NCBI RefSeq assembly: GCF_000143415.4
Contig: NW_003314279.1
Coordinates: 2,286,401-2,350,400 of the forward strand
DNA: 64,000 nucleotides
Direction: 5' to 3'
Source of the DNA: Selaginella moellendorffii
Taxonomy: Eukaryota; Plantae; Lycopodiophyta
Shown here in pieces: positions 24,301 through 38,099 of this stretch. The notes under the pieces were generated by a model. The model was given only the letters and a program-made list of their open reading frames with translations. It did no database searches and was not told where the DNA came from. The position numbers and the translations under genes are program-made. Each line of letters starts with the position of its first letter. Position 1 is the first letter of the stretch.

Positions 24301-26479
24301 TATGCAACTTACAACCCAAAAATGGCCTAAGGCCACACTAATTTTGCACTTTGGTCCAAGTACTCTATATATCTAATTCCTATTTTTGCTATCCAAAAGT
24401 GACACCGAGATATTAACCTTTTATACTAACATAATGTCTATTCTCATCATTTTACTAATAGTTCAAGACTATTTGTATCATTGTTGAGACCTTTCAACGG
24501 TGGAGAGAACACTTTTTCATGCTTTGAAAATAAAGCTCAACCATATCTTTAAATGAAATTCCTCTAAATTAGTAATGGGGGAGAAAGGGGTATATACCCC
24601 CTCTCCCAAAATATTTTTAATGCCCTCAGACAATTTTAATAGTGGAATAGTTTAGAGAATCTTGTTTAAAGGATATGCATATCCTAATAGGTGACCACAA
24701 GGAATCATATCAGACTCTATCACACGTAAAAACTCACAACTAAATTGCTGTTGAAAGCTCTAATGTAATATCTTCTATCAACTATATAAGAAAGAAAACC
24801 AAAGATAAAACAAAGAAAATAAAAGTGGGAAAAGAAGTTTTAGTGTTCTAGGATCAAGAAACCACATAGGGAAAACTTGATTATAGAACTAAGAACTCAA
24901 CCTAAGAAAAATTGTGGAAAGAAGAAAAAATAATGAATAATTAAGAAAAACAAAGAAAAAGGAGTAAGAATCCAAGAGGAAACAAAGCGGTAACCTAGAC
25001 TCTAGCCTCTAAAGTCTCCAAACCTCTCAAAAGTTCCTTAAACACAATTTAAGTTTGCTCCCAAAGTTCCAAAGAAAGTGGAAGAGAAATGAATGTGTTG
25101 CCTAGTTTGGGATATGTGGTGGAACAGAAAAATTGCAATCATAGTGACAAATGATGGGTGGAATGGTTACCAAACTTGAATAGACTGGTAATGGAAGGAA
25201 TCTTGCAATATGTGGATGATCATTAGTAGCTTATATAGCAATCATTGCAAAAGAAAATGTTTGCAACTAGTGCCAATTTTAGATCATTGTATCTTATTGT
25301 ATCTATATGAGTTTAGGAAATACTGTTTGCCTATGTTTAGCTTCGTACTACAGTTAAGGACTTTTGGCTAGTCAAAATTAACTTTTAGTGTCTAGTATTT
25401 GCCAAGAGTGTGTTTTATCGATTAAGTTCATTCCATATCTTGAGTTACATAGGTCAGGAGGGTTGCTTCTTATTGCATCTACTACATATGAGTATAGTAG
25501 ATAATGTTATGTAAAGATGTCCCAAAATGGAGGTGTTTATGGTAAGATAAGTGGAGAAAAGTGATTTAGACAAATATAGTAAGTGATGGATAAAGCTGTA
25601 GCAAATGGAAAATGGACTAAATAGTGGCTATGAGTAGACTAGAGTGATGGTGATGAGGTGTGGATTAATTTGATGTAGAGAAGAGTCTAAAAACTATAGG
25701 AGGGAAAGAATGACCTTTCAGATGATTGAAATTGATGCCACCTCAAGATTGAAATCCAAGCTTGAGTTTGCCACTGCAAGGATATAAGTCTTGAAAGGCA
25801 AGTAGAAATCGAGTTAGAAGGGAATCCATTTTGGATATATCCATTACAATTCCTTGCTATGCAAAATGAGATGGACAATCCATTTATCAAAGAGTGAAAG
25901 TAAAGAAATAAAGAAAAGTGAAAAGAACTCAATATTAGAAAAGTTGTACTGATGCTAAGAGCTGTTTAATATCATTGTGCTATAATATACTCAAGGTGGG
26001 CAAAAAGTGTTTTGAAGGAGGCCCAAAGATGGTAGTGAAGCTGGCTATGTCACCCTCTAAAGTTGGATGTCATCTTAATGCATTAAGGTGGATTGCTATA
26101 GCCTCGAGTGAACTCTGTTCGTGTCATGAGGTTGAGAGCTTTTATATGCCGGGATAGAGTGCCTCCAAAGTTGAAAAACACCTAAGTCATCATGAATTTA
26201 CTGGACGAGTTCCATAGTGTTATCTGCAAAAGAGGCCACAATTGTGTTGAGTGATGCTTCAGCTGGGATCTTGTGGTTTCAGTGGGTTAGTATCACCTTT
26301 AAGTGCTAGAAGGGAAAATTGAGTTACTGTAGGAATGAATTTGCCACTATTGCCACCTTGTATGTAGTGATATACATATATCTACATTTGATACATGTGT
26401 CTCATTTGACTACTTCATATGACTGTTAAGGACCTTGGGAGAGGCCTCCAAAAAGCCTAGAAAGGTGTCAAAGCTTAAA

Positions 26480-27960
26480 ACAAGCTTTGAATCATTGCTG
26501 AGGTGTTTCTTTTGAAGCATTTGCCAAAATTAAAACAATTTATATGTAGAGTTGTTAATCAATTTTCTCCATTCTAAATTGTTTGACGAACTTGTCAATC
26601 ATTGTAGACAAGATTCATTTGGAAACAAGAAAGATGTCTAATCTACCACTCTTGTTTTCAAGGATCTCAAGAATAATTCTTGGGACAAAGCATCTTCAAT
26701 GATCTTGTTGTATCTTAAGTAAGTTTGAAATTGATTAATGTGATTGCAAGCCAAAATACTTAATCCAAGATAGAACTTTAGAAGATCCATTGCTCCATAA
26801 AGAATATGAATAATTACCACCATTGGTGTAATGTTTTAATTGTGCTCTTCTTTGGAATCTATTATAAATGATAAAGACTCATTTACCAACAACATTGTCT
26901 AGTAGTTAAGGTAGCATATAAGCCTTGAGAATTCCTCTATGTGTGTCCTAAGAGGAGTTTATATAGTAACAACACTTGAACAATGCATATGAATAGACAT
27001 TAAACTTCTAAAATGTGCCAAATGTGAAAGCTAAGTATATACTATGATGTTAGTCTAGAGGTTGGAGAGCTCAATCACAAGGTTTTATTCTTGCTAGACA
27101 CTCAAGGATTTTAAAATCACTCTTTATAACACTTTATAGTCTCTTATACACTCACTATATATTAGATATTGTTCTCCATTCAAGTAAAAGTTTTTTAATC
27201 AAAAAGAGATGATTAAACATGAGACATCAAATAGCTATATATACTCTAGGGCACTAAAATAAACTATAAGATGATACAAGAGATAAATATATAAAGAAAA
27301 TCTTTCAAACTTTTAAAAATTCCTTATAAGCATAAACCAACAAAAAGCTTTTAAAAAGGACCCTTAAATTTTTGTACACTACTCTAAAAATCATGAAACC
27401 AAACTCTAAAAACATGTATAAAATCTTTGTAAAAAACTAAACCTAAAAATCTCACTTAAATACACTCAAAAGACTCACTTAAACTAACAAACACATATTC
27501 GAATAAAAAAATATAAAGATCTTGTAGCTGCCAATTCCTAAAATCTTGTTTTAGCACTTGTTGAAAAACTTTATCTAAGATTTATCTAGCCATGTAATAA
27601 AAATCTAAATGCATAACTTAGAATTGCGTGAGAATGCCCTAAACTTTTCTTACACGAACCCAAGCCAAAAGCTTTATTAATTGCTTGATCTTGGACTAAA
27701 AAGTCACATGCAAGGACTTTAAAAAAAGTCTACAAATAAATCTATCTGACAAGTTAAAGAAAGATTAAAATGGTTAAAATTAGAGTTAGCTTTTAAATAC
27801 TTCACCAATTTACTCTACTTATCTATTAATCCATCAATATTTAGACTCTCTAATACTTATATTATCACCCATTATATAAGTATAATCTACACTGGTTTTC
27901 CCCCTTTTATTATTCCATATAAATTTACCAAAACCCCCAGTCAAGTGAGATAGTTTTGAC
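26480..27960 (-). mobile_element. Decayed LTR-retrotransposon 5' region (gag remnant/UTR/LTR), copy A
   Basis: Collinear with 32120-33430 and 34230-34542. Both end in GTCAAGTGAGATAGTTTTGAC(A). It truncates the PPCS fragment at 27960. Confidence 0.6.
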
Positions 27961-28700
27961 GGGATCTTGTGCTCCATCGGGATACAGAAGATTATTTTTG
28001 AGATTTCCACCGAAAATAAAACAAGAGAAGACGAGAAGTTCTTACCATGGAGTTCCAGGGGACGTAGAAGTCAGCTGCAAAGTAAAACATAGCATGCCTG
28101 CCACAGCTCCAACAATCTCTAAATCTGCCATGAAAAACCGTCATAGAAACCAGCGTTTGCGCGGCACGTTTCTTACTTGGAGGTACTCAAAGAGTGTAGT
28201 GAACTCGAGCTTCAAGAGCTTCTTCAGGAGCACCGCCTGTTTTGATTCTTAAGAACTCAAGAAGAGAAACAAGAACTCAGAATGATGTCCTGTGACTGCC
28301 CGAGTCACAGCATCAAACCATTTTTCTCGTGCTGCGAAGCGGGAGTTAAACTCTCGAAGAAATAAAAGGCAGATTTCGCTTACCCAGGGATTATCCGGCA
28401 GCGAGCGGCAAAATGGCTGCATAGATCCTCTAAAAAGTATTTCATGAAAGTAGCATCACCATTTGCAAAAGAAAAAACAGAGTGCTGCTTGCCTCCCATG
28501 AAGGAAAATCACAGCAACTTGCTGCAAAAAATAAAATAAAATAAAATAATCATAAAAGAAGAATGAGTAGAAAGAATAACGGGCTGCTCCTCGACTCCCC
28601 AAGCTGAAATTGTCAATGACCCTAACGCATCGTCGCTCCAAGGGCACGGTCGTGCCCCCGGATGTAACAATGGCAATGCGCGTCGTCTAGAATCACACGA
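27961..28700 (-). pseudogene. PPCS: Phosphopantothenate-cysteine ligase fragment (copy A, truncated, many small deletions)
   Basis: [20 protein letters not shown] and MEHKI; collinear with 38490-39315. Confidence 0.85.
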
Positions 28701-29215
28701 TTGCATGGCGTGGAAGAGCTCCAAATGCCCGTGACGGGAAAATGCTGCAATTGCGCAAGTGCACGAGACGACATCGTGCTCCGGCATCTCTTTAAAAGTG
28801 CTTTCTACATCCGCGAGCTGAGATAAAGCCCCCAGCATCATCGTCCACGAGACCAAGTTGTGAGCAGGCATTTTGCTAAAGACTACCTTGGCAGAATCAA
28901 GATGCCCATTTTCGGCAAATGCAAAAAGCACCGCGTTTATAGTAACAGATTGTATTCCTTGCATTTTGCTTCTCTTGGAGTCAACAGAAATCATAGTAGT
29001 AAATGACACGAGGCTCCAGCACGGCATGCAGCTGAAGAGCCTTCGCGCTTCATCAAAATGCCCGTTTTTGCAGAACAGCAAAAGATCCCAGCTGAACTTG
29101 TCTACCATGGAAGATTTGAGCTGCGTGTTTGATGTTACCACATCTACCGTGCATTTCAATTTGCTTGTTCAGGTCGAAAACACTGCTTAGATATGAATTT
29201 CTAAAACACTCCATG
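28701..29215 (-). pseudogene. PLS-class PPR fragment fused by deletion to the PPCS fragment
   Basis: MPAHNLVSWTMML and MPEHDVVSCT; ORF 28509-29159 runs chimerically into PPCS. Confidence 0.75.
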
Positions 29216-29257
29216 AGAGAAATTATTATTTACTATTTGATGGAACTGAGCAACAAT

Positions 29258-30293
29258 CTAGAGTTGGAAGGTCCCTGATTTTTCTGCAGGAGGGATCCAC
29301 CCAATTCCATGGTATCTAGCGCTCGTCCATCCCCATTCTACGTTTCCGGCCATCCACACCTCTATCCCGTTCACATAGTCCATGACTCCTTGCTTCATGG
29401 CAAGCCCACTTGAAATGATCTCATGCTTTGTCCGAGCGAAATCCTTCTCCAAATCCTCCAGCATGCTCGCAACCTTGCCGATTGCCTCGTTCAAGCCACA
29501 CTTACGATTGCTGGCGAGAATGGGCACGGCGTTGAGGTAGTTTCCTGTCGCCCGCTCCTTCCTGAGCGACATCAAGTCATTGTGGAGCGCAATGTGGTGC
29601 GTCCCAATCTCCTCAACCTTGCGTATGAGAGGATGATCCAGCACGCCACGCTCCTCCAGCCTAAGTTGCAGTAAACCATCAATCAGAGCAAAGCAAGGAG
29701 CCACGCCAGATGTGATCTCTCTCAGCCAGAGGTACGTATCCAGGTTGGGAATGATTTGCTTGCGAAGCCAGCTCGATTCAATCTCAAACATGTCGAGCAC
29801 CCTGGTCATAGCATCCACGAATCGGCCTGATTCATCCACTACATGGAGGGACAATTCTTCCAAGACCTCAGATAACATCTTCATTTGCCTCAGCAGGTCC
29901 GGATTTTTCACTGGAAGCATGGCCTCGTCAAATCTTCCCTTTAAAACCATCTTGTATGCAGTTGCCACATTCGTCATGTCCGACGAGGAGATCTCCGGGC
30001 TATCCAGAATGTCATCTGCAAGAAAGAACGAAGCGAAGAACTTTCCAACCGGAACAATCTATGGTCGGGTAAACATAAGCCGCGAGCAATCCAAGCCTGC
30101 TTTCTTGAACAAACACGGGTTTCTCGCTTCCAGGTTGCAACTTCAGAAACTCCGCGCACCACGCATCGATCTGAGACTCGGCCTTTGCATCGTACAGAGG
30201 ATTCAGCACTGGAGAGACAAGGAGTTGACACACTGGTGGAATGGAATAGCTTTTCTCCGCTGCGAAAATGCTCGCAATGGATGAAACAGCCAT
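29258..30293 (-). pseudogene. MTPSL: Microbial terpene synthase-like (MTPSL) gene, copy A, frameshifted
   Basis: Near-identical to 40865-41923 but with an ~11-nt deletion near 30060. DDILD and NDLMSLRKE motifs are retained in separate ORFs or frames. Confidence 0.9.
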
Positions 30294-30453
30294 GAAAGAA
30301 GAGTCCTAAGTGAACTCTGAAAGAGGGCCTTATATATAAAATTAGAAGCAAATTCAAACTAAACTCTATTTCTGCGAAAGCCTTAGGAAACATCCCAGGA
30401 GAACATCTATAGTATTTACACAATATTCAGGATATGTGATTACAAATCTCTTT

Positions 30454-31544
30454 TTACTCTTTGTTACCAAGTAATTCGTCCGCGAGCGCGTTTGCCTCTT
30501 CGTGCCTCCATTCTCTCGCTAGCTCCTGGATCACCGCTAAGCCTCGGCATTTGGCCTGCTTTTCCTCGAGAGCGTCATCTCTTCCAAAACTTCCAGGGCT
30601 TTGCCGAGCTCTTTCCCCTGGCACAGCCCCCTGATCAAGGCCACATAGATATCGTGGCGAGGAGGCGTGCCACTCTGCCTGATAGCCTCGAGAAGCTCCA
30701 GAGCTGCGCTCATTCTCCCTGTGGTACACAGCCCGTCCATCATCACCCGGTACGCGAACATATCCGCCTTGCAGTTCTCGTCGCGCTCCAGTCTCTCGAG
30801 CATCTTGCGAGCCTCTTCCAGGTCCCCAGTCCCACAGAAGCCACCGATCAAGCTCCTGTACGTGATAACGTTCGGCCGTTGCCAACCATCTCCTCCAGCA
30901 GCTTGTAAGCCACCGTCGGCTTCCCAGCTCTGCAGAACGCGTCAATGAGAGCGGTGTAGAGCGGTGAGAGCGGTGTCACCACACCACGTTGGGCTGGCAT
31001 CCCCGCTTGGCCATTCGCTTGAGAACTCTGCACGCCTCCACCATTCTTCCGACTTTGCAGAAGCCGTCGACCAGGCTTGTGTAAGTATACACGTCCGGAG
31101 AGCAGTCACTGGCAACCATCTCTTCCAGAAGCCTCTCGGCGTCATCCACCAGTCCAGCATTACAGTATCCTTCCACTAGTGTCGAGAAAGTGACGACATC
31201 GGGGAGGATTGCCTGCTTGAGCGTGTCGTCAAACAACATGCAAGCCATGTCAATCCTCTCCAGCTTACAAAACCCGCCGATCAAGCAGCTGTACATGATA
31301 ACATCCAGGTTGCAAAACTTGGCCTTCATGTCTCCAAACAGCCTGTTCGCTTCTGGCACCCTTCCCGTCTTGCAAAGTCCGTCAATAAGTGTGTTGTAGG
31401 TGATGATATCCGGAAGGCACTTGTTGCTCTCATCTCTTCCATCAGCAAAAGTGTGGGGTCTACCCTGTTGGCCATGCAAAAGCCATGGCTCAAGCTGTTG
31501 TAAGTCACCATGTTTGGCTCAATGCCCCGGACTATCACTCTCAT
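30454..31544 (-). pseudogene. P-class PPR gene, 5'-truncated, frameshifted (copy A)
   Basis: 35-aa repeats (PDVVTFSTLVEGYC, PDVYTYTSLVDGFC) split across frames; paralog of 42036-43133. Confidence 0.85.
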
Positions 31545-34542
31545 GACTATCTGTGGAAGATGAAGCTAGGGCTGTGTTGTTTGCAAGTGGTTGTTGTTGG
31601 ACTCACTGTGGTCACTAAAGCCAAAGTTCTAGATGGAGTTTTAACACCTCACAATATTGTGTGTATTAACTTTGCATTCCTCACACCACCAGTGATACTG
31701 CCGAGTTTCAATTTACATCCTAAAAAAGATTGTAGCTCCTCCACAAGCTTCTTTTGTTATTGGGTTTACTGCTGCACAAGTGCTCAATGCTCCTTAAGCT
31801 CATTGAGTGTTAACTCAATCACTATGGGCATCTTGTCCTTAACGACATATGCTAGTTCGACAATAGCACATATTTGGGCTTGGAAGCTTGGCTGAGAGTG
31901 AATGTTGTGATGCATGCCAAGCTCAAAGAGTATGTCCTTTTCCACCCCTAATGCATGGCCAAATGTTATTTTGCAAGTTTCATATTGGCACTTGAGGACT
32001 TTACATTGTATTTCAAATTTGAGTCCTTGGATGAATGCCAACACCATGGACTTCTCATTTGCTATCAGCCTCTATAGCAAGCGTGCACACCAATGCTTCT
32101 TAAATTGGATAGTGTAGTTACTAATACTCTTTTGTAGCATTTGCCAATATTAAAACAGTTCATATAGAGTTGTTGGTCAATTTTCTCAATTCCAAATTAT
32201 TTGAAAAACTTATCAATCATTATAGAAAATGATCATCATTTATTTGGAAGCAAGAAAGATGCCCAATGTGCTGCTCTTGCTTTCAAGGATCTCAAGAATA
32301 ATTTTTGGGACAAAGCATCTTTAGTGATTTTGTTGTATCGTAAGTAAGTTTGAGATTGATCAATGTTATTACGAGTCAAAACACTTGATCCAAGATAGAA
32401 CTTTGAAAAGTCCATTGCCCTATAAAGAATATAAATAGTTGCCACTATTGGTATAATGTTTTGATTGTGCTCCTCTTTGGAATCTATTATAAACGATGAA
32501 GACTTACTTACTTAGAACACCATTTAGTAGTTAAGCTGACATAAAAGCCTTAAGAATTCCTCTAAGTTATATGTGTGTAAAGAGGAGTTTATATAGCAAT
32601 AACACTTGACCAGTATAAATAAGTATCATACTTCTAAAATGCACTAAATACTGAAATTAGGTACTTGCTTTGATGCTAGTCTAGAGCTTAGAGAGCTCAA
32701 TCACAAAGTTTTATGTTTGCTAGACATTCAAGGATTTTAAGATCACTCTTTATAACACTTATAACCTCTTATGCACTCACTATATACTAAATGTTGTTTT
32801 CCATTCAAGTAAAAGCTTCTCATCAAAAGAGATGATTAAAATAAGACATGAAATAGCTATATATACTCTAGGGCACTAAAATAAACCATAACATGATGCA
32901 AGGGATAAATATATAAGGAAAAAGTTTTAAACTTTAAAAACACCAAATGTTTTAAGAGATGAAGCCTTGAATTCCTAATAAATAACATAAAGCTAAAAAG
33001 AAAAGACACTTAAAATTTTTGTATACTACTCTAAAAATCATGAAACAAAACTCTAAAAACATTTATAACAGTCTTGTATGAAAGATAAACCTAAAAATCT
33101 CACTCAAATATACTTAAAACAACTCACTAAAATTAGCAAACACATATCTGGATGAAAAAATATAAAGATCTTACAGTTATTAACTCTTAAAGTTTTGTTC
33201 TAAGGCTCGCCAAAAAGCTTTATCCAAGATTTATTTAGCCATGTAAGAAAGATCCATCTATATTACTCAAAATTGCATGAGAATGCCCTAAACTTTTTTT
33301 ACACTCAAAATAAAAGAACCCAAGTAAAAAGCTCTATAAATTGCTTGATCTTGGACTAAAACTCACATGCAAGGACCCTAGAGAAAGCTTATAAATAAAT
33401 TTATCTGACAAGCCAAAGAAAGATTAAAATAGTTGAAAATCTATTATATATCAAACTCTTAAAATGACTATTATACATATCATGAATACAACTTGTTTGC
33501 ATGTTATGCTCTGAGAACGGAATTAAAAAATTTGTGATATTAAAATAAAGTGCTCAACAAGATTTACAAACCCATTAGCTCCATTGCTTAATTCAATCAA
33601 CAACCAAGGTGCAAAGAGGATAAAATAATTATTCTTAGTTTAAAAAAGAAGAAAATTCAAGAAATTCTTAAAATTTAGACATGGGACCTAGAATTTTATA
33701 GTTGGGCACACTCATTCTTAAGCACTAGTGCTAGTAGCAGTAATGCATCCTTACCTAACTAGCAAATCTAGACATTTTCTATAAACAGCTAATAGGACCC
33801 AACACAAGAAGCATGATAATAAGTATTTTTTGGTGGACACTTTATCACCACAATGCAAATATTTTGAGAATTCACCCTAAAATTAAAAAACAAAATGAGA
33901 TTAAATCTCAAATCTTGGACTTAGTCTTAAACTCGATTTCGATCTTGGACTTAATTTCATCCAATGAACTATTTATCATTTCAATTATAGTTTCAAGGAT
34001 CCTTTAACCTACAAGGAGTTGGTTCCTTATATATTCCTCTTTCTTTATACAGTGAAGGACTTTTAGATGACATTTCAAAACACTAAAACTAAGTGTAAAT
34101 ATTATGAATATTCTCCCCACCTCTAACTACGTGGCTAGATTGAGGTTTTAATAAACCATATAAAGTATCTAAGTAAATAGTGCCACCCATACATAGATTA
34201 GGAGTATTGAATTTAATCTTTCAAAGGAATTAGAGCTAACTTTTAAATATTTCATCAAGTCACTCTACTTATCCATCAATGTTTAATCTAGTTTTAGACT
34301 TTCTAATATTTGTATTATCACCCACTATATAGGTATAATGTTCCTTAGTCACACAAGGTTTTCCTAGAGTAATCCCCTTTTACTATTCCATAGAAATTTC
34401 CCAAATCCCCCAAAAATCTATGAAATGATTGCTTTGGGCTTTCATCCCACCTCTAGATATATTTATGCTTGAATATATTTAGCCTTATATATGTCTAACA
34501 CTTTAAACATTATATTTTTTGGTCAAGTGAGATAGTTTTGAC
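31545..34542 (-). mobile_element. Decayed LTR-retrotransposon remnant (gag-like AFIQGLK..IQ + UTR/LTR), with a nested insertion at ~33430-34230
   Basis: gag-like FIQGL motif in ORF 31784-32047. Repeats 26480-27960 and 43134-43565. Confidence 0.6.
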
Positions 34543-35023
34543 ATTGTTCTATTTTGAGTATTAGAGTTTAGCACTTCAATTTTGACACTTTTATATATCA
34601 AGACACATTAGTCATTCTTTTATCCTTTTTAGAAACCCATTCATTGCTTGTTTAGTATTTGTTCCTCAAGTGCTTCTTTAAGATTTTCATTCCCACTTTT
34701 AACTTTTCAAGTTAAAGCTTTTAATCCAAATATTTTATGTTTATTAGACTTTTGCCTCAACCATTGCTATGTAGCACACCTTTTGGCTTCATTTTAGGAC
34801 TTAAGGATTGGTGTCTTATATCTATTAATTATAATAATTTTGTAGATAAATGAATATAAATGATAAATGATAGAGATTTACAAATAATTTTATTAATAAT
34901 TGAAATTATGGTAAAGTTTTGTTTCTTTTATATTTAAATTTTTTTGTATATTTCTCTTATAATTTATTTCATACAGTTCTGCTGAAAAAAATCCCAATTA
35001 AACCTTAAAATTATAGATAACAA

Positions 35024-35025
35024 TA

Positions 35026-35057
<32 letters not shown>

Positions 35058-35093
35058 GTATATATATATATATACATATATACATATATATAC

Positions 35094-35177
<84 letters not shown>

Positions 35178-35207
35178 GTATATATGTATGTATGTATGTA
35201 TATATAT
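35024..35207. repeat. (TA)n/(TACA) microsatellite
   Basis: Directly visible. Confidence 0.97.
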
Positions 35208-37113
35208 TTCAAGGTCTTATTCTTATTGTTATTTAACCAAGCCAACTGCAGTTTTTATTAATTTCCTCACCAGCTAGATTAAAAAAATAAATATTTACTA
35301 TTAAAATTATCACTATATAACTTCACCTTTCATATTTATGAATACATTCCTCAACATAGTAGTTTATCTTTTCTATTTTCAGTAGTTAGAAATGAAAATT
35401 CTAAGTTTTTAGCTCTAACAATACTAAAGATACAAGAACTACATTCAAATTTTTGCCCTTTTGATGCACCAGAGCCAGGCATAGTTAGATATAATAGTAT
35501 CACCCATTTGAAAGAAATTTACCTATTATTTATAGTCTTTTGATCAATAACAATATATCATGAATATATCCTAATCATGAGCATAAAGGAATTATTTATG
35601 GTAATTTGTTATTCTTCCCTTCCTCCAAGTTATAGTTGTATAAATTGCTTAAATTCCCTTAAAACTACTATAAACTCAATTGGTCCCAAATCAATTGGAG
35701 CAAGTATATGTGATATATCAGGATTTTGCTACTTTTAAAATGATATTTTTGAGGTTTGATAGAAATCAAATTTTGATCTAAACCTCATTTTTTATTTTTA
35801 TATAGCTTATTTTAATCTGATTTAATATTTAATTTAGTCAAATCACAATACATGATTGAGCTTCGCATTAGTTCAGCTTGATTGATTTTCTGTTCTTCTT
35901 ATTTCAGAGTTATCATTATAAATAAAATTTAACACTTCCCATTTGTTTTGATAGGATTCATCATTTTCTTAATCGGACATAACTTATATTAAGTGCGTTA
36001 GATTACTAAAGTCTCAAAAATTTCTTGGAAGTGTCACCAAATCATGTCACCACACCTAGTAGACATCACTTGACAGCCTATGTGAGTATCTACGATATCT
36101 ATAAAACACTAATCAATCTGAAAACACTTGAGCAACGTCAGGTAAAAAACAGGTTACAGGTGCAGGCACTTTGAATTGATAGTGCTCAAGCATCTGATCA
36201 AGCTGGCACAAACCTGCAAGAGAGTCAATAAAAAACACAATGAGTTCATTAGGAGACTCCTTACTTGGACCTTGAAAGCACAAGGTCAGAGGCAGCAAAG
36301 AAAGTTTCACATTGAGCACTCACTGATGGGTGTCCTTGGACTGAAGAAACTGCTTTGCAGGAATGTGAAAAAAGAAAGATAAAGTCACATAACGTATCAT
36401 TGTAATCAATGAATCCACTGATGTCTTTGGGGAATGTTAAGAGCAAACAATGGGATTAATAGAACATGCGTGGAACGTCATCCAGATCATTTGGCTTGGG
36501 CTACGTGAATGCTGCCACCAGCAAGCTGATCCAGTGGATGAAGCTGGAGTTTCATTCTCTAGAGCCATATGCTTGCTTGACACTGGAATAAAAGCCTGCT
36601 AAGTACAAGCGTCAGGTCAGATTATAGATAAGGCAAAGCTCAAATAGATTTTCGGCATGCTCGTTGTAAACGTCTACAACCACAAAGCAATGGACACTTC
36701 TATGTTGCTAAGAATAAAGTCCTAGATCCAGCCAGCCAAAGCATGAAATGCACTATAAGCAGCCAGCAAAACCAGGAAGGAGTAAAACTTGGCAGAGAAT
36801 CTGAGACGTTTAGAGGTTGCTTGGAGCAGCGGACTCGGCATATACACTGGTGCCATAGCTTGTTTCCGCCACAGAAAGATATGAACGATAGGGCAAGCTA
36901 GCTTGATTGAAGCACTTGGCTACCAACCTAGTAAATGGAAAAATCCTGATCACCATGCTGGGCACTCTTTCCTCCATCGCAGGCCATAAAAGTGAATTTT
37001 ATTCGTTAAAATTTAGATCTTATGATGTAATTCAAACCGTAAGAAATATATAACCAAAAATCTAAACCATTGAAACAACAAAGGCTTATTCCTCATTAGT
37101 ACTTCACAGTTGT

Positions 37114-38099
37114 TTACATAGCAAGTACAACTTCTTTAGCTCCACACATATGAACGCTTTTACATAAGAAGATTAACACATTCCCTCGTTGTAGTGAGTC
37201 CAGCAATAGATGGTCCAAAAGAGCCACTGTAAGTATTGGATCCAACTGACCAAAGGGTGTCAGGGATAGTATCCTTAGTGTTTCCGTTACTTGAAAAACG
37301 ATACCTTGTTTCCCTCCAAGCTGCATACTGCCCAATATGGTGTTGAAGGAAATAGCATCCCAAACAAGCATGAGGAAAAACATTGCATTCCAAGACACGT
37401 CTGGCATTTGATGAAAGAAACTGATTCGGAAAACTGAAGATGCTGCTGATAACATTGCATTCCAATATGATAAGGAACACTATCAAGCATCAGTTTCGAC
37501 AGTGACAAATGCCTTGCACCAAAATTTTAGCATTCTAGGATACTTGATCCCTTTCCGGCATAGCATCAAAGGAAAGCTTAGCGGATCCAATTGCCCCGCT
37601 CGGCATAAGAAATTAGCTGAGCATTTGTAAGAAGCACTAGCAGGGGATTTCAAGGATAGCTTGTCCGCCTATGCCCAGCTACTGCTCATCAGATGCCGCA
37701 GACTCTGGCCAAGGACACGAGATCACGCTCCACACAAGATCTGGCTCGGGCATCACTTCAAACATCCCTCGCGCTGAACTTGGCGCCAATATGCCCCCTA
37801 CAAGATTCTTTGAGCATCTATTTTAAGCTCTTTAACATGCCACAATTGGCCACAATGTCTCTGACCAAGGTCGTCCATGACCTTTGTGGATGTCCGTTTT
37901 GGGCATATGCCAAGAACAAGAGATCAAACAAGACCCCTCAAAAACCAAGAGAGCGTCGGCCGCATCTTCCATACATTTATATGAGGAGATTGGAGAGGAA
38001 GACCTGGGAGCCGGGAAGTGTTTGAGACAAGGAAGAACTCGCGAGTGAGTGGACTTGGCCTGTGGAGGACTTGATGGGACGAGCGGCTGCCAAATTCAT
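37114..38099 (-). pseudogene. Heavily deleted paralog of the PLS-PPR gene at 16999-18937
   Basis: Collinear blocks, e.g. GAGAGGAAGACCTGGGAGCCGGGAAGTGTTTGAGAC and SVHMCGAKEV, separated by many deletions. Confidence 0.8.

Noticed and set aside
21400-26400. Faint minus-strand gypsy RT/gag-like traces in AT-rich DNA
   Set aside because: No intact motif could be verified; likely an old retroelement, boundaries unsupported.
34964-35277. YI-repeat ORFs
   Set aside because: Translation of the TA microsatellite.
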